A stretch of DNA of 63,934 bases, taken from contig JAPEUI010000094.1 in NCBI GenBank assembly GCA_026025075.1, positions 1 through 63,934 of the forward strand. The letters run 5' to 3'. Shown here in pieces: positions 24,977 through 37,163 of this stretch. The notes beneath the pieces were generated by a model that was not told where the DNA came from, did no database searches, and saw nothing but the letters and a program-made list of their open reading frames with translations. The translations under genes and the position numbers were made by a program. The stretch's first letter is position 1; the number at the start of each line of letters is the position of its first letter. This DNA is from Vezdaea acicularis. Lineage: Eukaryota.

Positions 24977-26524
24977 TCAACTCCCCTCCAACTCCCCCCA
25001 CAAATTATTCAAACTCTCCGCCAGCGCCGGATGGGCCCATACCGCATCCCTCAGCCGCTGCCAGGGCACTTTACCCATAATCGCCATCTGGACAATACTC
25101 ATCACCTCCCCCCCTTCCACGCCCAAGACGCTAAAGCCCAGAATGCTTCCATCATCTATATCCACCACAGCTTTCATCAGCCCGCGACTCTCATCGAGTT
25201 CTAAGGCGCGCGCGACAGATGTCATAGGCAGGGATGCGGTGCGGATGCGGCGGGAGGGAAAGGTGGCACGGGCGGTGTGTTCGTGGAGGCCGATGTGGGC
25301 GAGTTGGGGGTCGGTGTAGACGACGTTGGGGACGAGGCGGGTTTTGGTTGATAGGAGGGGAGAGGGAGGGGAGAGGAGGTTTGCTTTGAGGATGCGGTGG
25401 TCGTCGTAGGATATGTGTGTGAATGCTGGAGGACCCTTTGCGTCGCCGAGGGCGTAGATGCCGGGAATGTTGGTTTCGAGGTGCTCGTTGACGAGGATGT
25501 GGCCACGGGGGTTGGTGGCGATGCCGGCAAGGGGGAGGTTGAGGGAGTCGGTGTTGGGGATGCGGCCGGTGGCGAAGAGAATGTGAGAGGGGTTGAGGGT
25601 TGGGGGGGAGGTGGTGGATGTGGTGGTGGTGGTGGGTTGGTAGGTGAGGGTGAGGGAGGGGGGGGAGGTGGTGGGGCTTGGGGAGAGGTGGAGGGGGGAG
25701 GTGTTGAGGTGGACGTCGATGCCGTCTTCGCGCAAGATGGAGAGGAGGGCGGCGGTGAGGTCGGGGTCTTCGCGGGGGAGGAGGCGGTCAGCACGTTGGA
25801 AGACGGTGACTTCGCTGCCGAGGCGGCGGAAGAGCTGGGCGAACTCGAGGCCGACGTAGCCGCCGCCGACGACGACGAGGTGGCGCGGGAGCACGGGGAG
25901 TTCCATGATGGAGGTCGAGTCGAGGATGAGCTCGGGCGCGACGGAGTCGATGCCGGGGAGGGCGGGTTTGGCGGGGCGCTCGCCGACGTTGATGAAGATG
26001 GAGGAGCCGGTGAGGGTTTGCTCGGAGCCGTCGTTCAGCTGGACGAGGAGCGTCTTGGCGTCCTTGAAGGAGGCGCTGCCCTTGAGCAGGTCGACGCCGG
26101 CAGAAGTGACGCGGTGTTCGATGCCACTGCGGAAGGAGGTGATGAGGTCGCGCTTGCGCTGGAGCACCTTGGCTATGTCGACGGAGATAATGCCGTCGGT
26201 CCCGCCGGGGGTATGGATACCGTAGTCGGCACCGCGGCGGGTGTGGTAGGCGATGCGCCCGCTGGTTATCATGGTCTTCGTGGGGAGGCAGCCTTCGTTG
26301 ACGCAGCAGCCGCCCATGTGGGAGCGTTCGATCAGGGCGGTCTTGCGGCCGGCTTTGGCGAAAGCGCCCGCGAGCGGGTTGCCAGCTTGGCCTGAGCCGA
26401 TGATGATGCAGTCATAGTGGGTTGGGGCGGCCATTGTGGTGGTGAAATGCCGGTGGGGGGGGATATCAGGGGTAATTGGTCGATAGTGTAGCTGCTTGAG
26501 TATCTGGGAAGCACGCAGGAGCAT
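24977..26524 (-). CDS. Flavoprotein pyridine-nucleotide disulfide oxidoreductase, bacterial 'mercuric reductase-like' subfamily
   Basis: Intronless 515-aa ORF with a second ATG at 26434. FAD motif IIGSGQAG, redox-active GGCCVNEGCLPTK, NAD(P) motif VVGGGYVGLE, ATGRIPN, ALGD, AFTHISYDD and C-terminal HPALAE. No C-terminal Cys-Cys pair. Confidence 0.9.
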   Translation of the reverse strand: MLLRASQILKQLHYRPITPDIPPHRHFTTTMAAPTHYDCIIIGSGQAGNPLAGAFAKAGRKTALIERSHMGGCCVNEGCLPTKTMITSGRIAYHTRRGADYGIHTPGGTDGIISVDIAKVLQRKRDLITSFRSGIEHRVTSAGVDLLKGSASFKDAKTLLVQLNDGSEQTLTGSSIFINVGERPAKPALPGIDSVAPELILDSTSIMELPVLPRHLVVVGGGYVGLEFAQLFRRLGSEVTVFQRADRLLPREDPDLTAALLSILREDGIDVHLNTSPLHLSPSPTTSPPSLTLTYQPTTTTTSTTSPPTLNPSHILFATGRIPNTDSLNLPLAGIATNPRGHILVNEHLETNIPGIYALGDAKGPPAFTHISYDDHRILKANLLSPPSPLLSTKTRLVPNVVYTDPQLAHIGLHEHTARATFPSRRIRTASLPMTSVARALELDESRGLMKAVVDIDDGSILGFSVLGVEGGEVMSIVQMAIMGKVPWQRLRDAVWAHPALAESLNNLWGELEGS

Positions 26525-26886
26525 GCAGTACGAGTAAGCAAATATGCAGGCTTCTGAAGACGACCGATGACCAAATGATGAAGCAGACCTAGATCTCAGT
26601 GTGATCTAGAACTTGTCGATTGCCTTCCGTGGAGGATGGCATGTAGTCTCTTTAAGTAGTTACGGGACTCCGCGGTCACGGACTCGGCCTGTAGCAGTCG
26701 GGCCAATTGGCGATGAGACCGTTAAGCCTTACGGGTCGCTTCGGATCCAACCCCACTCAACCTGCACGTCTAGTTAGGCGAAGGTTAATTATTCAGCCTT
26801 ACTAAAATACTGCAGGCTACAGTAGCAGTAAAATCTCAAGTCGGGAGCTCGAAAGGATCATTAGACCTGCCGCCAGATTGGTCTAA

Positions 26887-28994
26887 TCACTTGGCCAAGA
26901 ACTTTTGGAATGCGGCCAACTCCACAACAACTCCACCCACAGCTTTTAGCTTCTTCCTTCCTTCCTTCTGCTTATCTAGCAGCTTCCTTCTCCTGCCGAT
27001 GTCGCTAGCATGTAGCTTCTGGAGCACGTCCTTGCGGAACGGCTTGATCGTCTCTCTAGCAACGATGCGTCTCCCAACGGCTGCCTGGATTACAATCTCA
27101 AACATCTGACGATCTACGTGCTCCTTGAACTTCGACACCCATTGCCTGCCCAGTCGATCAACCTGGCTAACATGCACGATTCGAGCTACCGCGTCGACAG
27201 GTTCTTTGTTGACCATCAGGCTTAGCTTCACGATCTTGCTTTTGCGGAAGCCAGCTTCTTCATAGTCAAGCGAGGCATATCCCTTTGTAGCTCCTTTGAG
27301 CTTACCGAAGAAGTCGTCGACTAACTGAGCCAGGGGAAGGGCATACTTGAGGATGACTTGAGTTGACGTAAAGTAGGTCAGCTCATTCTGTTCGCCACGG
27401 TTGCCCTCGCAGAGCTCAATGACCCGGCCAAGATACTCATCAGGAAGCGTGATGGTTGTCAGCACAAAAGGCTCTTGCAGCTCAGCTACCTTGTTAGTGA
27501 CCACATCGGCATCCGGAAAGTCAGCTGGGTTCGATATCGTAGTTTCCCGGCCGTCTTTCCAGACTATTCGAAAGGGTACCGAGGGAGGTGTGATGATGAC
27601 ACTCGCACCGTGTTCCTGTCGGAGGCGGTCTTCAAAGACGCTGCAATGCAGAGTTCCCAAGAAGCCTAGGCGCCAGCCGGCTCCGAGCGCGGACGAAGAC
27701 TCTTTTTGAAGAGTAACGCTACGGTCGTTTAGCGCGATCTGAGAGATGCTGTCCGAGAGATGCTCATAGTCGCTCTGGTTGACAGGGAAGGCGGCTACAA
27801 ATACCATGGCTTGAGGCTCCTCAAACCCGGGTAGTGCCTCAACTCGTGACGCTGTCGAGACATGCGTGTACGTATCTCCGATCTTGGCATCGGCACTGCG
27901 CTTCATGCCTGGATTGAAGAAGACATAGCCCACTTGCCCAGCACGTAGAATATTTTGAGGCGTTTCAAGGGGGTACATGATCCCAACTTCTCCGACAGTA
28001 TATTTCAGCCCTGTGTACAGAGATACGACGCTATCGCCGGCTTTGATCGTTCCGTCAAAGACACGGACCAGCAGGATTACACCTTTGTAGTTTGAATACC
28101 AGGAGTCGACGAGGAGGATTTTCAGCGGTGCAAGATGGTCGCCCGTAGGCCTTGTTAGGGTCAGTTATGCCTCGAGCTAAATGGAGGAGGGGACTAAGGG
28201 GCTTGGAGCGTACGCTGGGATATTTTCAATCACGCTCGGCAAGATCGCCTCCACATTGAGCCCGGTCTTTGCAGAAACCAAGACTGCCTTCTCTGTATCT
28301 AGTTCAAATGTATTTCTCATCTGCTCCAATGCTCTTTTGGAATCCGCGGATGGAAGATCAATTTTGTTGATAACGGGCACAAGCTTCAAACCCTCCGCGA
28401 ATGCCAGATAGAAATTTGCAACTGTCTGTGCCTGAACACCCTGGCTGGCATCGACCAGCAGTAATGCACCGCCACAGCTAGCATAGCTGCGCGAGACCTC
28501 TGCACGGAAGTCAACATGTCCAGGGGTATCGACAAGGTGCAGGAGGTAGTCGAGGCCACGGTAGTTGTATATCATGCTGCACGTCTGTGCCTTGACGGTA
28601 ATACCGCGCTCGCGCTCGACATCGAGTTTGTCGAGGATCTGCTTATTACCGCCAGCGGCAATGGTCCCGGTGAGTTCAAGGAGACGGTCGCTGACTACGG
28701 CATGCATTAGCTTCCGAGGCCCAAAAAGTACGTCATAGGGCATTTCATACGTGTGGATTTGCCATGGTCAACATGAGCAACAATGCAAAAATTGCGAAAC
28801 CTCTTTAGTGGTATTGCTTCAATTCTTCTCTCGACGTCGGTCGTTGAGGTTGCTTGCGCAAAGCTCCTCACGGGGGTAGAAAACCCCTGGAGATGCTCTT
28901 GTATGGCTCCGGACGGGCCATCTCGGAGAGATCGCGGAAATCTTGAGACATTCCAAGGTCTGAGCCATCTACTATACAGGTGGCATGGTCTCAT
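26887..28994 (-). CDS. GUF1: Mitochondrial translation factor GUF1 (EF-4/LepA)
   Basis: Exons 28994-28751, 28694-28214 and 28150-26887. [58 protein letters not shown]-terminal RKDVL...[12 protein letters not shown]. Arg-rich presequence. Confidence 0.97.
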
Positions 28995-29206
28995 GAGGAA
29001 ACATACGTAGCTCCAGCGAATTAGTCGTTGGCAGACAGGTAAAGTCGAAGCCTTCGGCAGAAATCTTTCGAGATCGAACTCGGCTAAGTTGCCTATTCGA
29101 GTACAAGTTTCACGGTTGCCGGGCCAAACACATTTGACCAAAACATTGCTCCCCTCGACTTGTCTCTCAGGCTTTCAGTATTACAACTTCCAATACAGCT
29201 TCTGCA

Positions 29207-30030
29207 ATGGCTTCAAAACCAGAAAAGGACAAATCCAAAGTGCATAAACTCTCCCTAAAGGGCAAGCGACATTCTCTCGAATCTCTATAACAATGCGCTG
29301 ATCCTTCGCAGGCTCGTCAAAACTAGTGTCGGAATTCTTCGAATACACAGTTCAGACAATCCTATTTCAGCGAGGAGTATATCCAGCTGAGGATTTTACC
29401 CCCGTCAAGAAGTATGGCTTGAACATGCTTGTATCTTCCGATGACCAAGTGAAAGCATATTTGAAGAAGATTATGAGCCAACTGCATCGATGGATGGGAG
29501 GAGGCAAGATCTCAAAGCTAGTAGTTGTGATAACAGATAAAGATACTGGAGAGAATCTCGAAAGATGGCAATTTGACGTATGTATTTTACTTCCACTAGG
29601 GCAAATAGAGCCGCACAGAAGGTATATAGATCTAACTCGTTGCGCCTCACAGGTCCAAATATTTAGCCAGTCCAGCAGCAAAACCAAGTCGGAGAAGCAG
29701 AAGGGGAGCGAAGACAAGGAAAACACGTCGCCGCCTTGCCCACCATCTGCCGCTGCTACTCCCCAGCTGGAGAAAACCGAAGCCCAGATCCAGGCCGAGA
29801 TCCAATCTATCTTCCGTCAAATCACAGCATCAGTCACTTTCCTTCCCCAACTCGATGGAAACTGCACGTTCAACGTACTGGTATATGCGGATGCTGACTC
29901 AGAGGTGCCAATGGAGTGGGGTGACAGCGATGCAAAAGAGATCAAGAACGGCGAGAAAGTGCAGCTTCGTAGCTTCAGCACCAGCAGTCATCGGGTGGAT
30001 ACGATGGTCAGCTACAGATTAGCAGATTAG
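29207..30030 (+). CDS. MAD2: Spindle assembly checkpoint HORMA protein Mad2
   Basis: Exons 29207-29261, 29312-29577 and 29653-30030; intron 1 is GC-AG. LSLKGSSKLVSEFFEY, ILFQRGVYPAEDF, ERWQFDV, RQITASVTFLP, VQLRSFSTSSHRVDTMVSY. Confidence 0.97.
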
Positions 30031-30345
30031 AAAGGTCGAAGCTGCGAATATTTCTGGATTCCTATGGTTCGGCGCGTCGGCGTACACTAATGGTTGGCCT
30101 TGCGATAGTAGCTCCGTTATGAGATGCGTTCTTACATGGATGTATTAGGATCTGTGTGTATGATAGAAATGGAGATCTACATCGCGTATTGTTTCAACAT
30201 GCGAGAATGTTGAGTTAATTAGTTTCGGACTCGCTCCGATAGAACCACCATTTTTTTCGCATGATTCCTAGGCGTTGCCAATACTGATATTCCAACAGTG
30301 TTGTCCAACTGAGGTCGACGTTCTGATAATTCGATTCGAGTAGCA

Positions 30346-31701
30346 ATGGCCGCTCTGATCGACTCTCAACCACTACCAACCCGGCCAATCAATCTTTTGG
30401 GCATCCGAGAAGCCCACGCGAGGATAGAAAAGTACATCATTCGTACACCCGTTCTCACTTGCGATGCCCTCTCGGATATTGCCTGCCAACCCCATAAGCA
30501 CCTCTCCGAGCTCTTATCGACCTCGAATAGAGATGATGGGGGGCTGCCCGCGGATTCTGAACATATAAACCTTTTCTTCAAATGCGAAAATCTCCAGAAG
30601 AAAGGCGCATTCAAAGTTCGTGGGGCATTTAATGCTATATCACGTCTACCACAAGATGCAGGGAAGAAAGGAGTCATCACTCACAGCTCGGGTACAATCC
30701 CGCTCCAGGTCATCCTCAAGCCCTAAACCCGCTCTGTTCAAGACACTCTATCTCCATATACGAGCGCACAATGCACTACGCTGACTTTCCTTGACACAGG
30801 TAATCATGCCGCTGCCCTTGCCTATGCATGGCGAATGTTTAAAGGAGACCGAGAAGAGAGTGTCGCAGCAGCGGAGCATACAGGGGTGGCACATGTAGTT
30901 ATGCCGTCCAATTCTATTCCCGTCAAAATTTCCAATACAAAAGAGGAACTCGCTATAATCGCGTTCTCAGGGCCCACAAGCTCCGAGCGCGCTGCAGTAG
31001 CCACTGAAGTTCGGTCCAAAACAGGCGCATATTTCGTCCCACCTTACGACCATCCAGACATCATCCTTGGCCAAGGTACTGTGGGTCTTGAATTGGACGA
31101 GCAATCAGAAGAACTCATCCGTTTCGCCTATGAAAATAATGACAATAACTATGTCCAAGTCTCGGCACGCAAGGATGAGGCCAACGACCACTCCCTCGAC
31201 ATTGTGGTTGTACCCCTCGGTGGCGGAGGGCTTCTCTCTGGCATTTGCACTTGGTTCTCAGACAAGCGTACGCTCGTTTTCGGTGCAGAACCCTCTCATT
31301 CTGGCGCCAATGATGCCGAGATAGGCCTGAAGCGCGGAGAGCGCATTACGCATGTGGACACAACTACAATTGCAGATGGTCTCCGCACGCCTGTTGGTGT
31401 ACTCCCTTGGAATATCATATCAAATCCTGGTAAATGCGCGGGCGTATACAGTGTCAGCGAAGAGCATATAAAGCTGGCTATGTTTCTAATAATTAAGCAC
31501 TTGAAAGTTGTCATTGAACCAAGTGCGGCGGTGGGGCTAGCTGTGGTGTTATTCAACAAAGAGTGGAGGAAAAAGCTTAACGAATATGCAGAAGAAATGA
31601 GCATAGAGAAGTTGAGAATTGGTGTCGTGCTGACTGGAGGGAATGTGGACATGGGAATGCTAGGGAAGATTTTGGAGGGGGGGCACGGAAGGCTTGTGTA
31701 G
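30346..31701 (+). CDS. PLP-dependent serine racemase / threonine dehydratase-like enzyme (fold type II, SRY1-like)
   Basis: Exons 30346-30691 and 30800-31701. FKCENLQKKGAFKVRGA (PLP lysine), HSSGNHA, GQGT, PLGGGGLLSG, TIADGLR, EPSAAV, TGGNVD. Confidence 0.92.
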
Positions 31702-32002
31702 ATGAAGCGTGTGAATTTAGTCTAATGTTAGACGTTTCCATAGAGCTTGTGGGTTAGTGCTTCGGACCATTCTTTTCTAGAACTTGGCAAAACGAATACA
31801 CATGAACCACTGAGGCAAATTTCGTCCTCAGGAGAACTAGACACGGATGAGATTTACAGGCCAGGAAGCCTCAAGAACAAGGCCAAGGTGCTCCGCGGGG
31901 GATTTTTGGCTTTTGCAGGTTGAAATCGCAGATGAGATTGGTATGAGGTCGCTGAAGAAAGCAAACACGGTGTTACATCTCTTCTACCACCTAATGGTCT
32001 AA

Positions 32003-33464
32003 TCATTGGTTTTCTGGCCGCAGCGACCTGTAGAAATAGGTTAGACAATAGTCAGACGCAACCACCGAAAAGGCCTTTCATGACGTACCTGACCGCCTTT
32101 CCAGCCCTCCAGATCTCTAGGTCTCGGATCTCTTGCATCTCTTTATCATACTTTTCCCTATAGTCCTTCTGACTGTTGAAATCCAGGCTCCTCTGTGTCT
32201 CTTTACCATCCTTTACCGAATCATAGAGTTCATTGAAGACAGGCTTCAATGTGTCTTTGAACTTTCCACTCCAGTCGATCGCACCACGTCGTGCTGTTGT
32301 ACTACACGCAGCATACATCCAATCCATCCCGTTTGCACCAATCAAAGGATAGAGACTTTGCGTCGCTTCCTCGACAGTCTCGTTGAACGCTTCGCTAGGG
32401 CTGTGACCCCGCTCACGAAGGACCTCATACTGTGCGAGGAACATTCCATGTATACCGCCCATCAGACAACCTCTTTCGCCATACAGATCAGAAAAGACCT
32501 CCTTCTCGAATGTTGTCTTGTATAGGTAGCCCGAGCCGACAGCAACACCTAGTGCAACCGCTTTCTCTTCCGCTTTACCAGTGATATCCTGGAAGACGGC
32601 AATGCTAGAGTTAATGCCACGACCTTCACGAAAGAGTGTCCGTACTGTACGACCGGAACCCTTGGGGGCCACAAGAATAACGTCGATATTTTTGGGCACG
32701 TCAACTTTTGTGAGATCTTTGAAGACTGGAGAGAAGCCGTGAGAGAAGTAAAGCGTCTGCCGACCATTAGCAAAATCCAGCCGAAATTCCAAAGGCACAA
32801 AAGCCCCAGAAACTTTACCTTGCCCTCCGTCAACAAAGGTTTGATGGCTGGCCACGTCTCACTCTGTGCAGCGTCGCTGAGAAGATTCATTACAATAGTC
32901 CCCTTTTTGATTGCTTCTTCGACTTCAAAGAGGTTGGTTCCTGGAATCCATCCATCCTGCTGTGCTTCTTTCCATGATGCGCCGTTCTTCCGTACTCCAA
33001 TTATTACATTCAGCCCGTTGTCCCGAAGATTGAGGCCCTGACCATGACCTTGAGAGCCATAGCCTATGAGAGCAAGGGTGTCATTCTTGAAGTATTCCTA
33101 CAGGTTATGTGAGTAATTACCCCGAATATCTACCATGATTCAGTCCAGCTCAAGAGGGATGCCTTACAAGCAATTTCTCTCGTGGCCAGTCCTCTCGTTC
33201 TGTTGAAAATGTTTGTCAGTAAGTGCATTCACCTCACGACGAAGATTATGCTATACCGTAGACCTTTTCCGGGCTACCCGCGAAGTCAATTGTCTTGACC
33301 CCTCTCACTTGCTGTGTCAACCCTACAATCAAGGGCTTTGCAGGAACAACACCAGCCCGAACACCTCGTAGTGCAGAAATGAAAGTGCGGCGTTGGACCA
33401 CTGGAAAAGCTAATTGGCGTGTGACCTGAGTCCTCAAAGCTCTTGTGAAGCTTCGAGATGCCAT
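32003..33464 (-). CDS. ILV5: Ketol-acid reductoisomerase, mitochondrial (branched-chain amino acid synthesis)
   Basis: Multi-exon gene with presequence MASRSFTRALR. Motifs ALIGYGSQGHGQGLNLRDNG, NLLSDAAQSETW, TLYFSHGFSPVF, APKGSGRTVR, SDLYGERGCLMG; last exon ends SLRPENQ*. Confidence 0.97.
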
Positions 33465-33629
33465 AGTGGATGCTGAACTTCAGATCAAAAGGTTGTTGAT
33501 GGACATGAAAGAACTTCAGAGCCTATGATGAAGTTTTCGTTGGTGTGGGTTATTGGCGGTGAGTCTAAGCTAGGCACGAAACTTTTTCTGCCGATGCAGT
33601 TTATTCCTTTAGCTGCGGGACATGGCATA

Positions 33630-33641
33630 GCCGACATCGGC
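33630..33641. promoter_or_regulatory. Putative Leu3/LeuB binding site (CCG-N4-CGG) upstream of ILV5
   Basis: GCCGACATCGGC about 170 bp upstream of the ILV5 ATG. It matches the Leu3-type everted repeat, and ILV5 is a known Leu3 target in yeast. Confidence 0.55.
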
Positions 33642-33783
33642 ACTCCGGAGTGGAGTATAATTGTTCGACGCACTTCACACGAAGCTAGCTAGAAACAATA
33701 TCTCTCTTCAGTGGGTCAAAAAGAGAAAAAAGGTAAATGAGCACGTTCTGATCCAACGATATCGTACTTGAAGTACAATGTCA

Positions 33784-33869
33784 TGGCGACAGTGGGAATC
33801 GAACCCACGTTGAATCGGAGTTGATCACATGTACCACAACGATACGTGCTACCACTACACCATGTCACC
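33784..33869 (-). tRNA. tRNA-His (GTG) with a short intron
   Basis: Reverse complement reads GGTGACA TGGTGTAGTGGTAGCAC G TATCG TTGTGG[intron]CGATT CAAC GTGGG TTCGATT CCCAC TGTCGCC A: acceptor stem, D loop (A box), GTG anticodon and T loop (B box). Confidence 0.88.
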
Positions 33870-34060
33870 TTCATATTGGCAAAATTATCGGTAAAACAAA
33901 CTATAAAACAACTATTTCATGAAAGCGAGAATCGCGTCTGTGAACTTTCTATACTGTCGGAACTACCCCTCCACTGCTTATCGAGATGACCAGCTCACCT
34001 GTTCTTCCTCATATAACTCACGATAATTCTTCCTACCCTCCTTCTCCAACCCTGGCAGCC

Positions 34061-35843
34061 ATGTCAGTGCCCTTACCTCCGCCGTTGTCTTCACCTTACC
34101 GGTCATCCAAGACGCTCCCTTACGAATTGCGGCAACACTGCTTGATCTATTTCGAAGAAGAGCTATGTAAGGAATATATACCTCTAGCTGTTCTAGCTAC
34201 TGATGAATATAATAGATACACAGGCCTTGACCCTTTTGCTGGATCTCCTGATAGCGGGCACGTCCTATCCATGCACAAACCCAGCCTATACCCCTCCCCC
34301 CCAACATCTTTCTCTAGCTTCGACTCTCCTCATTCATCCTTCTGTGACAACTCGCGCTATCTCAATCGACCGTCGGGATGTCTCTATCGTTTCTCTACGC
34401 CTACTGCGATCTGTATTGAAACAAGTTGGCCCAGTCAATGCTAGCCTGGACGTAGCATTTGCTTTCACAACACCAGCTTTCAACTCACGGCGCAATCGCA
34501 GCAGCACGACTCGTCGAGGCAGAGATACGGCGTCCGAGCATGGTGGTACGAAGGGCGAGACGGATTCTAACTTGATCATGTCAAACATTGCAAGGCAAGG
34601 CGGGATTTGGGCGAAAGCGGATGATTTCTGGCATTGTGTTGGGTGGGGCTTCAACTGCGCTTCTAAGCATCCAAAAAGATGGACACAGTGGAAAGTGTGG
34701 CTAGAATTCATGGTAGGAGCGCTAGAAGACGATTGGACAGAACGGTGGCGCCAGTATAAAATTGCGTTGGAAAGCAAATGGCGTATTGATAGGAAGATAA
34801 ATGGCGATCGGGATGGCTCTGAGAATTCAGAGGATGGCTCAAGGCTACTGCAAGAGAGCATGATTGCTACATATATATCTTGCGCCCTTCGACAATTTGG
34901 AGGTCCTCGCCGACTAGTGCGCTCTCTCTTCGCTGACGGGTCAGCCAACTCTCTAAACGAATTCGGCGAAATCTTCTCTGGCGAGACAAAGTCGGCGCCT
35001 CAGGATTCCTCGACTAGACTTTTAACCCCACGTATTCTGCCGGACGATCCTAGTGAAGGAGAAGAGTCAAAAATTGACATCAATGCAGACCTCTATGGTG
35101 ATTATCTGGACAATCGGCGTTCCTCATCCTCATCTCCCGAGCCAAATGTCCAAGTCACAACCTCTGCCCCCTTCACTGAGGGCTTGGAGCATTCTTCTCC
35201 ACGTTTTAGTGGGCCGGATATCGGCTTAACTCACCCTCTTCGTTCGCGTCTTATGTCCCTGATTAGCCTAACATCCTTCCATTTTTCCGCCTTGGAACTC
35301 TCTTCAGCGCAGGCCTCTTTCGAGATACTTCCCCTTGATGGGTTCTATAATGCGTTGATGGAACACGTACGACCCCTCCCACTTCCCGCTTTCTTTCTCT
35401 TCGCTACGCACACCCAACTTCGCGCCCTTCATTCGGATGGCTGCATCATGTTGTGGGAAGGGCTTCTCGAGGTTCTATTACCTGCATCAGCGCCAATACC
35501 ATCAAGCGTTCGTACGAAAGATAGAGGCACAGAGGAGAACGTACTCACACAAAATGTGCTAGAGACCTGTTACCTCCCGTTTCCTAGTAACAACAATAAT
35601 CTAATTGATAATGCAAAAGTTTCCCTACTCCTGGAAGGTTTAGTAGGGGTTCTCTTTGCGAGACGAGTCTTGGTCTGGACAAAACAGCTACAAGATGCTC
35701 TCGAAAACGGAATCGAGACAAGAATTAAGAAGGCTCACGACGGAAGGAGGAAGATGGGTATTGAGGAGAGTAGAATATGGCTGAGAGACAGCGCCGAGAG
35801 ATTAAGAGGTTACATGAGCATGTTACAATCGGGAGTGAGCTAA
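34061..35843 (+). CDS. Conserved fungal hypothetical protein (possibly Nse5-like Smc5/6 subunit; tentative)
   Basis: Exons 34061 (or 33986)-34166 and 34216-35843. Conserved-looking blocks PPPQHLSLASTLLIHP and DDFWHCVGWGFNCASKHPKRWTQWKVWLEFM. The gene is well supported; the family name is a guess from memory. Confidence 0.75.
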
Positions 35844-36129
35844 GACATAGTCGCTACAAAAAAATGCTATTGTAGGCTATCAACGGCTCATGATACATCT
35901 TTCACGGCTACTACATTGAATGTAATGAACTGGAGGCAAGATAATCTCAAGCAATGTGCAACAATGGACTCAAAGGCAGCCGATGAGCAGATCAGCAGGG
36001 ACGAGGAATCTCTCCTGAAAAGCTTACAGCTCAGGTCAATATTTGCCTAAATATAGAGAGCTAGCCTGGATATGAGACATCCACGAAGAACGTTTGAGTC
36101 ACCACTTTGACAAACATCAAATCAAGAGA

Positions 36130-37163
36130 CTATCTCTCCTCGCCAACACATCTAGTAATCTCAACGCCATCCTATAGTCGTTAGTATGGAACCATGATAG
36201 TGATCTTAAGTATCTTACCGGAATTCCTGTAGGCTCAAAACTTTTGACGAGCTTGCTTTCGTAGACGAGAAATGGATTGCCACGGATCTCTGTGTCGCCA
36301 CCATCTTCCCTCTCGTGACCAACCAGTGGATTCTCAACCCAACTGGCATGCTTCTCTCTGTACTTAGTGCTACCATCACCTCCTATTGAATACGACTTTT
36401 TCTTTTCGGTTACACTACTTCTTACGTACTCCAGATAGGGGGGATCTAGTGATTTAATTAGCTTCAGAAAGCGGACATTTTGAAGGGACAATTCCATACT
36501 TCCTGGTTTGATCACGTTGTCTGCAGCTAGCACAGTGCCTGGCCTCACCAATCGCAAATATTCACACAGCTTCAGATCCGTGAGATAAGCGGGCTTGTGG
36601 TGGTCTAGAAACAAGAGATCGATGTGAAGTAGTCTACCATCCATATGAAGGCGTTTCAAGCTCTCACTACTTGGTCCGACTTCGACCTGCACAATGCCTT
36701 GCAGTCCAGCCAAGTTGACTAAGGAGCTGACAACAGCTGCAAATTCAGGGCTTCTCTCGAGCGAGTAGTATCGGGTTCCACCTGCGGCCCTCAGTGCATT
36801 ACCAAAGAGCACCGCTGAATACCCAACATAGCCTCCTAATTCAACCATTATCTGAGGTTTGACCTCTGCGATGAGATCTGTAACAATTTTGCCCTTGTCT
36901 TCGCCTACATTCATAAGGTATTTCTTCTTTCGTCCATATTCATCTATTGCTTGCAGTACTCTTGTAGGGGATCCACGAATGTCGGCAAGAGAGGGATGAT
37001 TGTAGACGAAATGAAGAAGCTCGATCTCACGGCCATCATCATACTAATCGAAGAGTTCAGTAATGTTCCCCTTGCAGCTCCGTTGCAATTAAAAGTCGGA
37101 AAACGAACATACGTACACGTCTTCTTGTGAAGCGTAGGCTTTCTCCTGATTGAAGTCTGACAT
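36130..37163 (-). CDS. Catechol-O-methyltransferase-like O-methyltransferase (mycosporine O-MT, MysB-like role)
   Basis: Spliced gene reading MSDFNQEKAY...DDGREIELLHFV...YLMNVGEDKG, VELGGYVGYSA, LFLDHHKPAYLTD, ADNVIKPGNPPY, DGVEITRC. Divergent from DDGS. Confidence 0.9.

Noticed and set aside
25397..26395. 332-aa Gly-rich ORF on the + strand
   Set aside because: Antisense shadow of the flavoprotein reductase.
24977..26524. True mercuric reductase MerA / mercury resistance
   Set aside because: Lacks the C-terminal vicinal cysteines and the NmerA domain; no mer context.
30346..31701. Serine racemase-like gene as part of the mycosporine cluster
   Set aside because: Separated from it by ILV5, a tRNA and another gene; no evidence of linkage beyond proximity.
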